DNA of 57,011 nt from a virus (taxonomy: Duplodnaviria; Heunggongvirae; Uroviricota; Caudoviricetes), in IMG/VR virus record IMGVR_UViG_3300028260_000001, positions 248,333-305,343 of that record; one strand, 5' to 3'. The translations under genes were made by a program, and so were the position numbers. Of this stretch, positions 44,691 through 53,214 are shown piece by piece; position 1 is the stretch's first letter; every line of letters begins with the position of its first letter. Below the pieces are notes generated by a model. It was not told the DNA's origin. It searched no databases and was given only the letters and a program-made list of their open reading frames with translations.

Positions 44691-46223
44691 ATGTCATCGC
44701 ATAAACAACTGTTGGTTAGTTGCATCACTTTGCTCTGCCTAGAGCATCGCGAAGACTCCCCTGCATCGGCATCGACCGAGCTGATTTCTGACGTAATCGA
44801 CACGATCCAAGTTAAAGAGACTTCGATCGATAGCGACCATGGACGTCAAACCTTCTTAGAACTCCGTCGTCTAGTAGTTGATCTTAACTGCAAGACTCCG
44901 ACGGAGTTTCCTAGCATTATGCAAGTTCTGCAAAACGTGCAGGTTGCAGCTAGAGAAGAGTCGTATCTATTTGAAGCAGTAGCTACTGCGGTAAACGAAG
45001 TATTCCCTAATGGCTTGTCCATTATGCAACGGATCAATGAGAAGCGTAACGTTCTGCGTGAGCATTTGAACGATACCAAGATCTCTCAGATCATGAAAGA
45101 ATACTCTCACAAGCTTTTGTTCAATCCAGTTGGTTCTACTAATAGCATCAGCTTGATTCGTGAAATGCAAGCTAAACTCGATCCTTATGTTCAGGCTCGA
45201 GCAGAAGCACGACACCCAGCTGAGATTGGTACTGTGGACTTTGACGATCCTGAGGTCGTAGCCAAGTACTTCGAAGCTGTAAAAGAAACTATGTCTGTTG
45301 AAGGTGCATTCAAAACTGGTTGGAAAGGTCTCAACCGGATGCTGGGTAAACTGGGTGCACTACGTCGAGGTGAGTTCATTCTCGGTGGTGGTCTTCAGCA
45401 CAACTTCAAAACTGGTTTTGCTCTAACGATCTTTGCTCACATCTGTTTGTTCAACAAGCCATTCATGCGTGATAAGAACAAGAAGCCTCTGTGCTTGTTT
45501 GTAACGCTTGAGAACGAACTGTCTGACAACTTGTTGATCCTTTATAAGTACCTGTGGGAAAACGAGACTGGTGAAGCGGTAGATGAAACACTGATCGATC
45601 CAGTTATGGCTACGCAATACATTTCTGCACGTCTGCAGGAATCTGGTTTCAAAGTTCTGATTACTCGTTTTGACCCAACTGAATTTACCATTAGTGGTTT
45701 CACTAACTGGTTGGATGGGCTGCAAGCTCAGGGTTATGAAATTCAGTATCTGTGTGTTGACTATCTCAACATGCTGCCGAAGACTGGCTTGGATGCAAAA
45801 GTAGCTGGTGACGATATTCGACTTCTGTTCCGTCGGATGCGTAACTACACTACTCCACGCGGTATTACGTTCTTCAGTCCACATCAGCTTTCTTCTGATG
45901 CACTGCAGCTCATGCGTGAGAACACTGAAGACTTCGTGAAGATTGTAGCTAACCGTGGTTACTACGATGGTTGCCGTCGACTGGGTCAAGAGCCTGACTT
46001 AGAACTGATCTTCCACATCGTGAAGATTGCTGGCAAATCTTACTTCACTATTCAACGTGGTAAACACCGTAACACAGTTACTGCTGAAGCTGACCAATAC
46101 TGTGTACTTCCATTTGCACCTGTGGGTACAATTCCATGGGACATCGATAAAGAAGTGGACTTCAGTCTACGCCAACTGCCAGGCATGTCTGGTGAAGCTG
46201 GTGACGAGGCTTGGTCTATTTAA
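44691..46223 (+). CDS. dnaB: DnaB-like replicative helicase (phiKZ gp118-like); start corrected to 44691
   Basis: KTGW.GLNRMLG...LRRGE....GGLQHNFKT, FVTLEN, LCVDYL, SPHQLS, RGKHR SF4 motifs. Confidence 0.9.
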   Translation: MSSHKQLLVSCITLLCLEHREDSPASASTELISDVIDTIQVKETSIDSDHGRQTFLELRRLVVDLNCKTPTEFPSIMQVLQNVQVAAREESYLFEAVATAVNEVFPNGLSIMQRINEKRNVLREHLNDTKISQIMKEYSHKLLFNPVGSTNSISLIREMQAKLDPYVQARAEARHPAEIGTVDFDDPEVVAKYFEAVKETMSVEGAFKTGWKGLNRMLGKLGALRRGEFILGGGLQHNFKTGFALTIFAHICLFNKPFMRDKNKKPLCLFVTLENELSDNLLILYKYLWENETGEAVDETLIDPVMATQYISARLQESGFKVLITRFDPTEFTISGFTNWLDGLQAQGYEIQYLCVDYLNMLPKTGLDAKVAGDDIRLLFRRMRNYTTPRGITFFSPHQLSSDALQLMRENTEDFVKIVANRGYYDGCRRLGQEPDLELIFHIVKIAGKSYFTIQRGKHRNTVTAEADQYCVLPFAPVGTIPWDIDKEVDFSLRQLPGMSGEAGDEAWSI

Positions 46224-46250
46224 AGAACCTTGGTGGTGGTTGCAGGAATG

Positions 46251-46275
46251 GTTCTCCCTTCGGGGAGAATTTATT
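46251..46275 (+). terminator. Terminator after dnaB
   Basis: TTCTCCC-TTCG-GGGAGAA-TTTATT. Confidence 0.75.
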
Positions 46276-46301
46276 CCGCTATCTAATTCCCGGAGTACGG
46301 A

Positions 46302-46685
46302 ATGACAGATTTAGAATACTTGATCGAGGCGGTCAAGAACAAAGTTGAATACCACGCCACGGTTGGTGTGGGTGTTCGTTTACAGGTATTGGTAGCATCT
46401 CAAAATGAGAAGGCTATTAATAAAGCCGTAGGCGAGATTGTCCATGCTATCTTGCGTGGGACAGGTTGGGAGAACAAAGACCTATCAGAAGCAGAGATAG
46501 AGCTTCGTACGGCCCATTTGTTGAAAGACATCTTCTACAGTAAACGGATACTGTTGGAGATAAAGGTTAAAGAATGGCCTGAGACTGTGGGTAACCATCT
46601 ACAGTTCTGTTGTGGTAGCTGGGATCACATCATCTACGACAAGACTGTTTGTGAACGTTACCTAGCTTACCTCGAACGAAACTAA
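46302..46685 (+). CDS. Hypothetical protein
   Basis: GGAG RBS; ends at a bidirectional terminator. Confidence 0.7.
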   Translation: MTDLEYLIEAVKNKVEYHATVGVGVRLQVLVASQNEKAINKAVGEIVHAILRGTGWENKDLSEAEIELRTAHLLKDIFYSKRILLEIKVKEWPETVGNHLQFCCGSWDHIIYDKTVCERYLAYLERN

Positions 46686-46696
46686 AAAAAAAATAC

Positions 46697-46735
46697 AACA
46701 TAAGGCTACCCCGAAGGGTAGCCATTATGCCGTTA
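46697..46735. terminator. Bidirectional terminator closing the early gene array
   Basis: AACATAA-GGCTACCC-CGAA-GGGTAGCC-ATTATGCCGTTA. Confidence 0.85.
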
Positions 46736-46978
46736 TTGCTCGAGCCTAGCTAGAACATCTCGGAACATGTCATCCACATGGATTGGATCACATGCTTCGC
46801 AGATGACTCCTTCGCTTTCGCATACCCACGCAATCAACTTACCTTCACGATCATAGATCCGGCAAACATCATGATGGATAGCTACGTACCAATCGCCCCA
46901 CGCACACAACTGAGGGGCATGGTAATCACGCAGCTTTTTCGCGAGCTGGTTGATGTTATCTAGCAAGGGTTCACTCAC
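46733..46978 (-). CDS. Hypothetical protein
   Basis: GTGA coupling to the upstream gene; ends at a terminator. Confidence 0.65.
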   Translation of the reverse strand: MSEPLLDNINQLAKKLRDYHAPQLCAWGDWYVAIHHDVCRIYDREGKLIAWVCESEGVICEACDPIHVDDMFRDVLARLEQ

Positions 46979-47382
46979 CGGAACATTCCCGCTTGGTAAC
47001 CCTCGACTACCAGCCGTGCGTCTTCCAGGCTGAGCCCGGAGTATTGGCGCAGGCTACGTACCGCATCGATGCTGATGCGATAGTGCGCTTGGGCTTTAGC
47101 GATTTTACGCCACTCGCCTTGATCCGCTTTGGTAGCCTCTACGTCGAGGTAGTAGAGGATCGCAGCGAACTGCTTGGCGGTAGCGATGGATTGGTTCTGC
47201 GCTTCAGCCAGGCGCAGCAGAGCGGTCGACAACGACAACTCTGCAGTGGCTTGGAACTGCTCACGCACGGTACGACGATCTGGATGATTGAGGATGGTTT
47301 TCACCAACTCTGCCATGTCGTCTTGGGCAGCGATCAGCGTTTTAAGCAGATCCGCCATTTTGGCTACTTCTGGAATTTCCAT
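46975..47382 (-). CDS. Hypothetical protein with a ribosomal L7/L12 CTD-like C-terminus; start 47382
   Basis: IDAVRSLRQYSGLSLEDARLVVE versus the L7/L12 I.AIK.VR..TGLGLKEAK.LVE pattern; AAGGA RBS. Confidence 0.55.
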   Translation of the reverse strand: MEIPEVAKMADLLKTLIAAQDDMAELVKTILNHPDRRTVREQFQATAELSLSTALLRLAEAQNQSIATAKQFAAILYYLDVEATKADQGEWRKIAKAQAHYRISIDAVRSLRQYSGLSLEDARLVVEGYQAGMFR

Positions 47383-47395
47383 TTTCGTTCCTTGA

Positions 47396-47800
47396 TTAAG
47401 AAATGTTGTGGACCATGGTGAGATTATCTTTCTCGATTTCCCGGTAGTCGCCACGGACGAATTCCAGTACTTTCTGATAATGCTCGATCGCATTGGCCTG
47501 CAAGAAGTTGTAGACGTCACGCAGCACGAGGCTGAACATGTATTCGTTCTCTGACCGAATCTGGTGATTGATCAGTTCACGGACTTGTTCGTTACCCATC
47601 ATGGTGAACGTGTGTGTTTTTACCAGCCGCCCCTCGGCGAAGACCTGAACGTCACGACGGCACGTATCGGGATAGAACCGGTGTACGATACGGATCTCAC
47701 GAGGACGACAATCAAACAACGCGTAGAACGCATTGATGACGTCGATCGATTGGTAGCTATTAACTACCTTGATGCTGACTTCATGGTGTTGTGCGTTCAT
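47396..47800 (-). CDS. Hypothetical protein
   Basis: AGGAG RBS; tight packing. Confidence 0.7.
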   Translation of the reverse strand: MNAQHHEVSIKVVNSYQSIDVINAFYALFDCRPREIRIVHRFYPDTCRRDVQVFAEGRLVKTHTFTMMGNEQVRELINHQIRSENEYMFSLVLRDVYNFLQANAIEHYQKVLEFVRGDYREIEKDNLTMVHNIS

Positions 47801-47822
47801 GTCTATCTCCTAAGGGTAGGGA

Positions 47823-48419
47823 TTATTTGATCCAGTTATAACAATCCTTGTGGCCGGTAGCCAGGCGACCGATATCCTTCACTTCTTTCGACATGGTAAC
47901 CAGGCCCATGTCGTAGATGCCGGTAGCATTCGTCGAACGAATGGCGATCGGTTGGGCTGGGTCATGGATGAACTTTGCAGCATCCAGTACGTTAGCCACA
48001 ACGCGTGTTTCGCCTGCGCGCAGGATGATCAGCTGACTATTGTTCAGGGTGAACTCGATCGAAAAATCGATAGCCTTCGGGATCTCGAGTGCCACTTCGA
48101 TTACGCCACCATCCACGCGGATGACATTGTACATGGAAGAATTGGCATGCAGGTCTGGACGATCTGCTCTGGCGTAGTGTGGATTGTACACCAGATGCTC
48201 GCGACCACTCGCCCCGTCTGTCCGTGGGAATACGAACTTCTTCGGAATCAGCAGATCATGGATTGGGTTGGTGTAGTTCGGAACGTGCTTGGTGCCACGC
48301 TCGTCATGAACCGTATCCCAATGGGACGGAAGACCGGACAGGTGATGCACGGGAACCATGCCGTTGGCATCGGTCAGTTGGTTAGCCAGGTTCTGTGCTG
48401 CGGTCAGTACGTCTTTCAT
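47823..48419 (-). CDS. Hypothetical protein with a LapA-type Ig-like repeat
   Basis: DGGVI...L......I.FTLNNSQLI.LRAGET...I...NATG; AGGAG RBS. Confidence 0.55.
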   Translation of the reverse strand: MKDVLTAAQNLANQLTDANGMVPVHHLSGLPSHWDTVHDERGTKHVPNYTNPIHDLLIPKKFVFPRTDGASGREHLVYNPHYARADRPDLHANSSMYNVIRVDGGVIEVALEIPKAIDFSIEFTLNNSQLIILRAGETRVVANVLDAAKFIHDPAQPIAIRSTNATGIYDMGLVTMSKEVKDIGRLATGHKDCYNWIK

Positions 48420-48429
48420 GGGGATCTCC

Positions 48430-48714
48430 TTAATCTTTGGCCAGGGTAGACACAGTGACGTGCAGTGTGTCTTCTTGTGGATAACTACGCTTGGTGATTA
48501 CCAGGTATTGTTCGTAGTCACTGCTATCGTAGCAGCAAGAACAGCCGCGGACTTGGTGACGCTCTACGCTGATGACGAATTCATCGAGCTTTGCATCTTC
48601 ACCGAAGTGTGCAGTAATGCGTTGTGAAAGTTCACCGAACGACCACGTGCTACCGTAGAGGTTAAGATAAAGCTCCATTGCATTGTTTTGTGGTTCAGAA
48701 TAAATCGACGACAT
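48430..48714 (-). CDS. Hypothetical protein (CSCC motif)
   Basis: AAGGA RBS; tight packing. Confidence 0.65.
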   Translation of the reverse strand: MSSIYSEPQNNAMELYLNLYGSTWSFGELSQRITAHFGEDAKLDEFVISVERHQVRGCSCCYDSSDYEQYLVITKRSYPQEDTLHVTVSTLAKD

Positions 48715-48722
48715 GTGAATCC

Positions 48723-49505
48723 TTAGATTGTGTCATTGAAGAAACTACGCATATCGCGCTCGTAGTCTTCATGTTGTTGTTGTTTCTCTTGCTTAAGCAG
48801 GGACGCTTTCGATTTACGGTTATGCGCCATCAGGTTACGCAACTCACGGATGAGCCGTTTCTTTTTGATGGTGCAGTAACCACCCCACTTATCTAGCCGA
48901 GTAACAGTGAAGTATTTACTCAGCTGTTGAACGAGTTCGTAGATCGGCATGTGGATATGGCAATCGTAACGCAGCTCTTTGAATGCTGGATGTGTATGCA
49001 ACACATAGCCAACAACTGTGCTGATCGTATTAGCCGCATAGAGATGCGGACGCTTCACCGATGGAGGCAGGTGCCCTTGCTCGTAACGGTAATCATTGAT
49101 CCAGTACTGGTCTACGTTCACGGTGTGGTTACTGAATCGAACTGTACCTGTGCCACGACTAACTACTTCCGTAACGTAGCTGGCATTGAACGATTCTTTC
49201 TTTGGTGCACCAAAGATCGAACATGGTTCATCGGTTTGAACCACCCAGGACTTCACACCGTTTTGGTAGTGGCCAGTAACAACGGCTTCTTTTACACCGT
49301 CTTTACGATGCTCCAAGCAGTAGCGGACTACAGAACCGACCGGCATGTGTTCCGGTAGCCAATCTTGTTCCCAGACGGTTTCGTACACCTTTTCCGTTTC
49401 CGGGTACGAACCGAGATCTCGTTCAACACCGTCGTCACCGGTAATGATACAAGGAACCATGTTACCGGTTTCGCGTTCACCTTTATACTTCTTAACGTAA
49501 GCCAT
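48723..49505 (-). CDS. Hypothetical protein
   Basis: 260 aa; AAGGA RBS. Confidence 0.7.
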   Translation of the reverse strand: MAYVKKYKGERETGNMVPCIITGDDGVERDLGSYPETEKVYETVWEQDWLPEHMPVGSVVRYCLEHRKDGVKEAVVTGHYQNGVKSWVVQTDEPCSIFGAPKKESFNASYVTEVVSRGTGTVRFSNHTVNVDQYWINDYRYEQGHLPPSVKRPHLYAANTISTVVGYVLHTHPAFKELRYDCHIHMPIYELVQQLSKYFTVTRLDKWGGYCTIKKKRLIRELRNLMAHNRKSKASLLKQEKQQQHEDYERDMRSFFNDTI

Positions 49506-49514
49506 GTTGATTCC

Positions 49515-49880
49515 TTAAGCGCGGTACCATGCAAGTACGAAGTCGGTAGAGTGACAAGCGATGCGGTAATGTGGGCGATGATGTTGCAACCAACGTGCCA
49601 TGTTCTTCGAGCAGATCTGACCCATCTCGCAATGAACGAAACAGTTAGCTCCTTCCAAACCATCCAGGAACGCCAAAGCTTTTTGGTGATCTTCGCCATT
49701 CAAACCCATGAACATATCTGTGAGCTCGAGCACTCGTTGTCCAGGTTTGAAGTTCGGACGTCTATCGCCATCCGATACGATGCTGATGATATTCGCATCA
49801 TCAGCTAGATCTTTTACGTAGCTCCTGGGGATGTAGGAGATCCCATGACGAACACGCTTTACTTCGACATACTTTTCCAT
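49515..49880 (-). CDS. Tyrosine/dual-specificity phosphatase-like protein with a degenerate P-loop; start 49880
   Basis: IISI, F..L, ..FL, FVHCEMGQICS..MA; TAATG coupling. Confidence 0.6.
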   Translation of the reverse strand: MEKYVEVKRVRHGISYIPRSYVKDLADDANIISIVSDGDRRPNFKPGQRVLELTDMFMGLNGEDHQKALAFLDGLEGANCFVHCEMGQICSKNMARWLQHHRPHYRIACHSTDFVLAWYRA

Positions 49881-50170
49881 TATGCTTTCTTGATCTCGTA
49901 GCAGGTATAGTGATGGCGGTCGTAACCGCGTGTTACACTGCGGATTGCCCAACCCGACATATCGAGTTGGAGACGAATCTCTTCCTCGGTGGCTGGAGTA
50001 TGGTTATTGCCGAAAGAGAAGCGCCAATAGCTTTCGTCTTCACCACCACAACGCCAGTTTTCAACCCATTTGAGATCGTTCATGCACTTGTTGAATTCTT
50101 CCTTAACTTCCAACAAGTGATCTGGGTTTACTTTGTTCAGTGCTTCTTCAGCAGTAATAAAGACAGTCAT
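49880..50170 (-). CDS. Hypothetical protein (paralog of the C-terminus of 54033..54719)
   Basis: ND.K....R....SYW..F......E.....L...GW; TAATG coupling. Confidence 0.65.
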   Translation of the reverse strand: MTVFITAEEALNKVNPDHLLEVKEEFNKCMNDLKWVENWRCGGEDESYWRFSFGNNHTPATEEEIRLQLDMSGWAIRSVTRGYDRHHYTCYEIKKA

Positions 50171-50622
50171 TACTTCTCCAACAAGTCGTTGTAACGGCGG
50201 ACAAGATCCAAGAAAGCCTCATGAGGACGATCAGCAGGGAACGTTTCAGTTGACCTCTGATCGATCCAGCACCATGTGCGGTAACGCCCGACGCTCTCGA
50301 GACGGACTTTGTAGTAGTCGCCTTCACGTTCAACAACGAAGCGGTCAGCTACGTTGCAGCGAATGGACAACCCACGGTCGAACATCTCAGCCAGCACAGC
50401 CATCCGCCATTTCTGGGCTTCCAGGATGTCGGTGTATTTATCGAGACCCGCACGACGCATGTCATCCTGAGTCGTGTAGAGATGCTCACCGTGATTCTCC
50501 ACATACCACGGAGTATCGAACGAGTCCATGTAGATACCCCACATGAACAGGCTATCGGCGAGGTCAGCGCGACCAGCCAACTTCAAGAAGGCTGGGATGG
50601 AATTCAGAGGCAGGTCGAACAT
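50170..50622 (-). CDS. Hypothetical protein
   Basis: TAATG coupling on both sides. Confidence 0.7.
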   Translation of the reverse strand: MFDLPLNSIPAFLKLAGRADLADSLFMWGIYMDSFDTPWYVENHGEHLYTTQDDMRRAGLDKYTDILEAQKWRMAVLAEMFDRGLSIRCNVADRFVVEREGDYYKVRLESVGRYRTWCWIDQRSTETFPADRPHEAFLDLVRRYNDLLEK

Positions 50623-50966
50623 TACTTGAGTCTCCCCAAACGAGTGACATGGTTACGCTGGAAGTGTTCGTGTTGTTGCTTGTCGGTCAAACGACCAGGA
50701 CCAACGCGATCTTGCAGTTCTTCTGTCCGATCCAACCGCGCCTTCTTAGCCGCAGTCATCTTCAGGTTCAACGAGAACTGTTCACCACCCTGGTATTTCT
50801 CACGATCCCAGGACCATGCTACCAGCGCATTGAAACCGTAGCTTTCAACCACACGGCGACCGTTATACGAACGACGCATGTGCATGACCCCATCAGGACC
50901 TTTCTTATACAGGTCTTTGCTGCGGTCTTTGTAGTTCTTGTGTTTCTTACCCAATTTACGAGACAT
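50622..50966 (-). CDS. Basic hypothetical protein
   Basis: AAGGA RBS; K/R-rich. Confidence 0.7.
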   Translation of the reverse strand: MSRKLGKKHKNYKDRSKDLYKKGPDGVMHMRRSYNGRRVVESYGFNALVAWSWDREKYQGGEQFSLNLKMTAAKKARLDRTEELQDRVGPGRLTDKQQHEHFQRNHVTRLGRLK

Positions 50967-50975
50967 AGCTTTTCC

Positions 50976-51284
50976 TTAGAAGACGAGGATATCGATGTTG
51001 TTACGTTCGAACAGATCATTCCGGTTATGGTCATGATCAATGTACTTACCTGTCTGCATTTCACGGAATACCCAGGCACCCAAGAATGGATTACCTACAG
51101 GAGACACACCGTATTCCTTTGCGACTACGTGGGTGTGGCAAGGGGCAACGTAGATGTTGTCCGTAATAGTGGACATGAGTTCTACGTCAGGACGCATTAC
51201 ACGTGGTTCGGAAAGGATCTTGGCCATTCCAGTAAACCCAATAGGGCCACCTTCGATGGTATCCCGTTTGATCAAGTCAGACAT
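50976..51284 (-). CDS. Hypothetical protein; start corrected to 51284
   Basis: AAGGAG RBS; first gene after an early promoter. Confidence 0.7.
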   Translation of the reverse strand: MSDLIKRDTIEGGPIGFTGMAKILSEPRVMRPDVELMSTITDNIYVAPCHTHVVAKEYGVSPVGNPFLGAWVFREMQTGKYIDHDHNRNDLFERNNIDILVF

Positions 51285-51310
51285 TTTGTTGCTCCTTATT
51301 CTGCAAAGAC

Positions 51311-51332
51311 GTAATGTAGATCTAAAATAAAA
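51311..51332 (-). promoter_or_regulatory. Phage early promoter
   Basis: Minus strand TTTTATTTTAGATCTACATTAC between a terminator and an RBS. Confidence 0.7.
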
Positions 51333-51354
51333 TACAGCAAAAGACAAAATAAAA

Positions 51355-51374
51355 ACAGGGGCCGAAGCCCCTGT
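51355..51374 (-). terminator. Rho-independent terminator
   Basis: Minus strand ACAGGGGC-TTCG-GCCCCTGT-TTTTATTTT. Confidence 0.85.
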
Positions 51375-51377
51375 GGA

Positions 51378-51800
51378 TTAGCGGAAAAGAGAAAGCTCCC
51401 ACGCGTGGTGGCGAAGCTTGTTGATCATAGCCCAATAAAAGTTTGAGAGTAAGATACGCCTCTCGAAATCACAACCACCAAAGAAATCATGGAATACGTC
51501 TTTGGTATATGGATCATCGGATCCATGATACATTGCCACAAAGTTGGCAGCCGTGCTTTCATCATGCAGGCTGCACAGAATGTGGTGTTTCACCATGAAG
51601 TATTCATGTTGAGTGATGATGTTGTCATTCCGCTGGGCATGCCGAAGATCAACACACATGAACCCGCCACGATAACGACCGCTAACGATCATCATCTCCA
51701 GGATTTCTGCGATACGTTTGACGCGAGCGATCTCTGCATCCAGCAGAGCGCGGCGTTTAGCTTGTTCAGATTGGAACAGTGCAGCAAACAACTTCTTCAT
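51378..51800 (-). CDS. Hypothetical protein, paralog family A
   Basis: A.ILE..I..G.Y...MC...LSNFYW.MI.KLR. Confidence 0.7.
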   Translation of the reverse strand: MKKLFAALFQSEQAKRRALLDAEIARVKRIAEILEMMIVSGRYRGGFMCVDLRHAQRNDNIITQHEYFMVKHHILCSLHDESTAANFVAMYHGSDDPYTKDVFHDFFGGCDFERRILLSNFYWAMINKLRHHAWELSLFR

Positions 51801-51822
51801 GGAAATCCTTAAACGAATAAAA

Positions 51823-51844
51823 AGCCCTCCCCGGAGGGAGGGTT
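51823..51844 (-). terminator. Terminator
   Basis: CCCTCCC-CGGA-GGGAGGG, followed on the minus strand by TTTTATT. Confidence 0.75.
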
Positions 51845-51852
51845 TGGGGAAA

Positions 51853-52278
51853 TTAGCGAACGCCGTAATACTCGATCATCTCGATGGTTGCCTGTGCTTC
51901 TTTACGCAACTCACGGATGTAGCTCCAGTACCAGTTCGATAGTTGGATACGCTGAGTGAACTTACACGGTTCATTGTAATCGAACTCACCTTCGTGATGC
52001 AGCTTAGCCACCAAGAAAGTTTGTGGCGAGATCTCACGCATGATCATGGTACGCGCGATCCGCTTCTGTTCGAGTGATTCATCCAGGTTACGGATTGCGA
52101 TACACATCAACAGTAGGTTATCGTTGTAGGTCCCACGAACGATAGCCTTCTCGATCATGTCGGCAGTAATCAGTTTCTTATGAGCTTCTTCCAGATCAGC
52201 GCGATTGCGGCGGATACGCTGAGCGGTGTAGGTATGCGGCAACAGTTTAACGATAGCCGATTGAATCAAGCCGTGCAT
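51853..52278 (-). CDS. Hypothetical protein, paralog family A
   Basis: A.MIEK.I..G.Y...MCIA...LSNWYW.YI.ELR. Confidence 0.7.
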   Translation of the reverse strand: MHGLIQSAIVKLLPHTYTAQRIRRNRADLEEAHKKLITADMIEKAIVRGTYNDNLLLMCIAIRNLDESLEQKRIARTMIMREISPQTFLVAKLHHEGEFDYNEPCKFTQRIQLSNWYWSYIRELRKEAQATIEMIEYYGVR

Positions 52279-52806
52279 TCCGGATGTTCCTTGTAGTAAT
52301 CGTTTACAATTTTGGAGGCATGTGCATAGAGCTTCGGGTCACCTTCTTTCAAGACTTCCAGAAGGAGCCGTTTCTCACGCATGTAAATCTTTGCGAATTT
52401 GGCATCATGCTCTTGGATGCTACCTGCGTTATCAATCAGGTCAGCGAGCTTGATGGTCTTAGCACGTGGGGATGCTTTAGCTGTGTGTTCTCGGTCGATT
52501 GCTTTCCGTACATCCCGATTCCCATCTTCAGGTTTCGAAACATCAGTCAACATTTCTACGAGAGCACGTACATCAGGACCAAACCAATCCTCGATGCAGT
52601 CCAACGTGATTTGAGTGTCTTCCACTACGTCGTGCAGCAACGCAGCAATCAACATATTCTCATCAACGTTAGCAGCTTGCTTTACGATAAGCATCACATT
52701 AAGTGGATGCTCATGGTAATCCGTCAACACGTACTTTCTTTTTTTGTCCTGTAGCCGAGTGTGCAGCGCAACTGAACGCTTTGGCTAGTTCTATTTTGCC
52801 GTACAT
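52266..52806 (-). pseudogene. SpoT/MESH1-like HD-domain hydrolase interrupted by a +1 frameshift in an A7 tract
   Basis: 5' part MYGKIELAKAFSCAAHSATGQK (ATG 52806) joins RKYVLTDYHEHP...AALLHDVVEDT...IKLADLIDN only if one A of 52739-52745 is removed. Confidence 0.75.
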
Positions 52807-52848
52807 TGAATTCTACTCTGGGGGATACATAGACTATCCCCTAGCGTA

Positions 52849-53214
52849 TTATTTCAACGGGCGGTGAGGCTCCCCACGCAGGTACTTGATGAATTCCACG
52901 TACCACGCTTTGTAGATGTGGTCTTCACGGAATTCCTCGTTCTTGCCGTGCTTGAACAAATGATCTTTCAGGAACATGTGTGGGCGAATATGTTCTTGAA
53001 TGAGATCACGTGCGGCGGCCCGTTCCCTCTCACTAATTTTTCCAGCGCGGGCAGCTTCCTTGGCAGCAATGCACATTGCCGGAGAAGTATTTACTTTATC
53101 CGAAGCAGCGTAGTGACCATTCGCCAGGATCTTTTCGATTGCCTTTGCTGCGAGCAATCGTTTTGGGTGGAACAGAAGGAACCACAGTTTCTTAAGCTTT
53201 GTCGTGAGTACCAT
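52849..53214 (-). CDS. Hypothetical protein, paralog family A
   Basis: AK.IEK.L..G.Y...MCIA...WY..FI.YLR; GAGG RBS. Confidence 0.7.
   Translation of the reverse strand: MVLTTKLKKLWFLLFHPKRLLAAKAIEKILANGHYAASDKVNTSPAMCIAAKEAARAGKISERERAAARDLIQEHIRPHMFLKDHLFKHGKNEEFREDHIYKAWYVEFIKYLRGEPHRPLK

Noticed and set aside
52738-52745. A_AAA_AAG classic -1 frameshift heptamer in the HD gene
   Set aside because: A -1 shift reaches TGA within a few codons; only loss of one base (+1) restores the HD frame.
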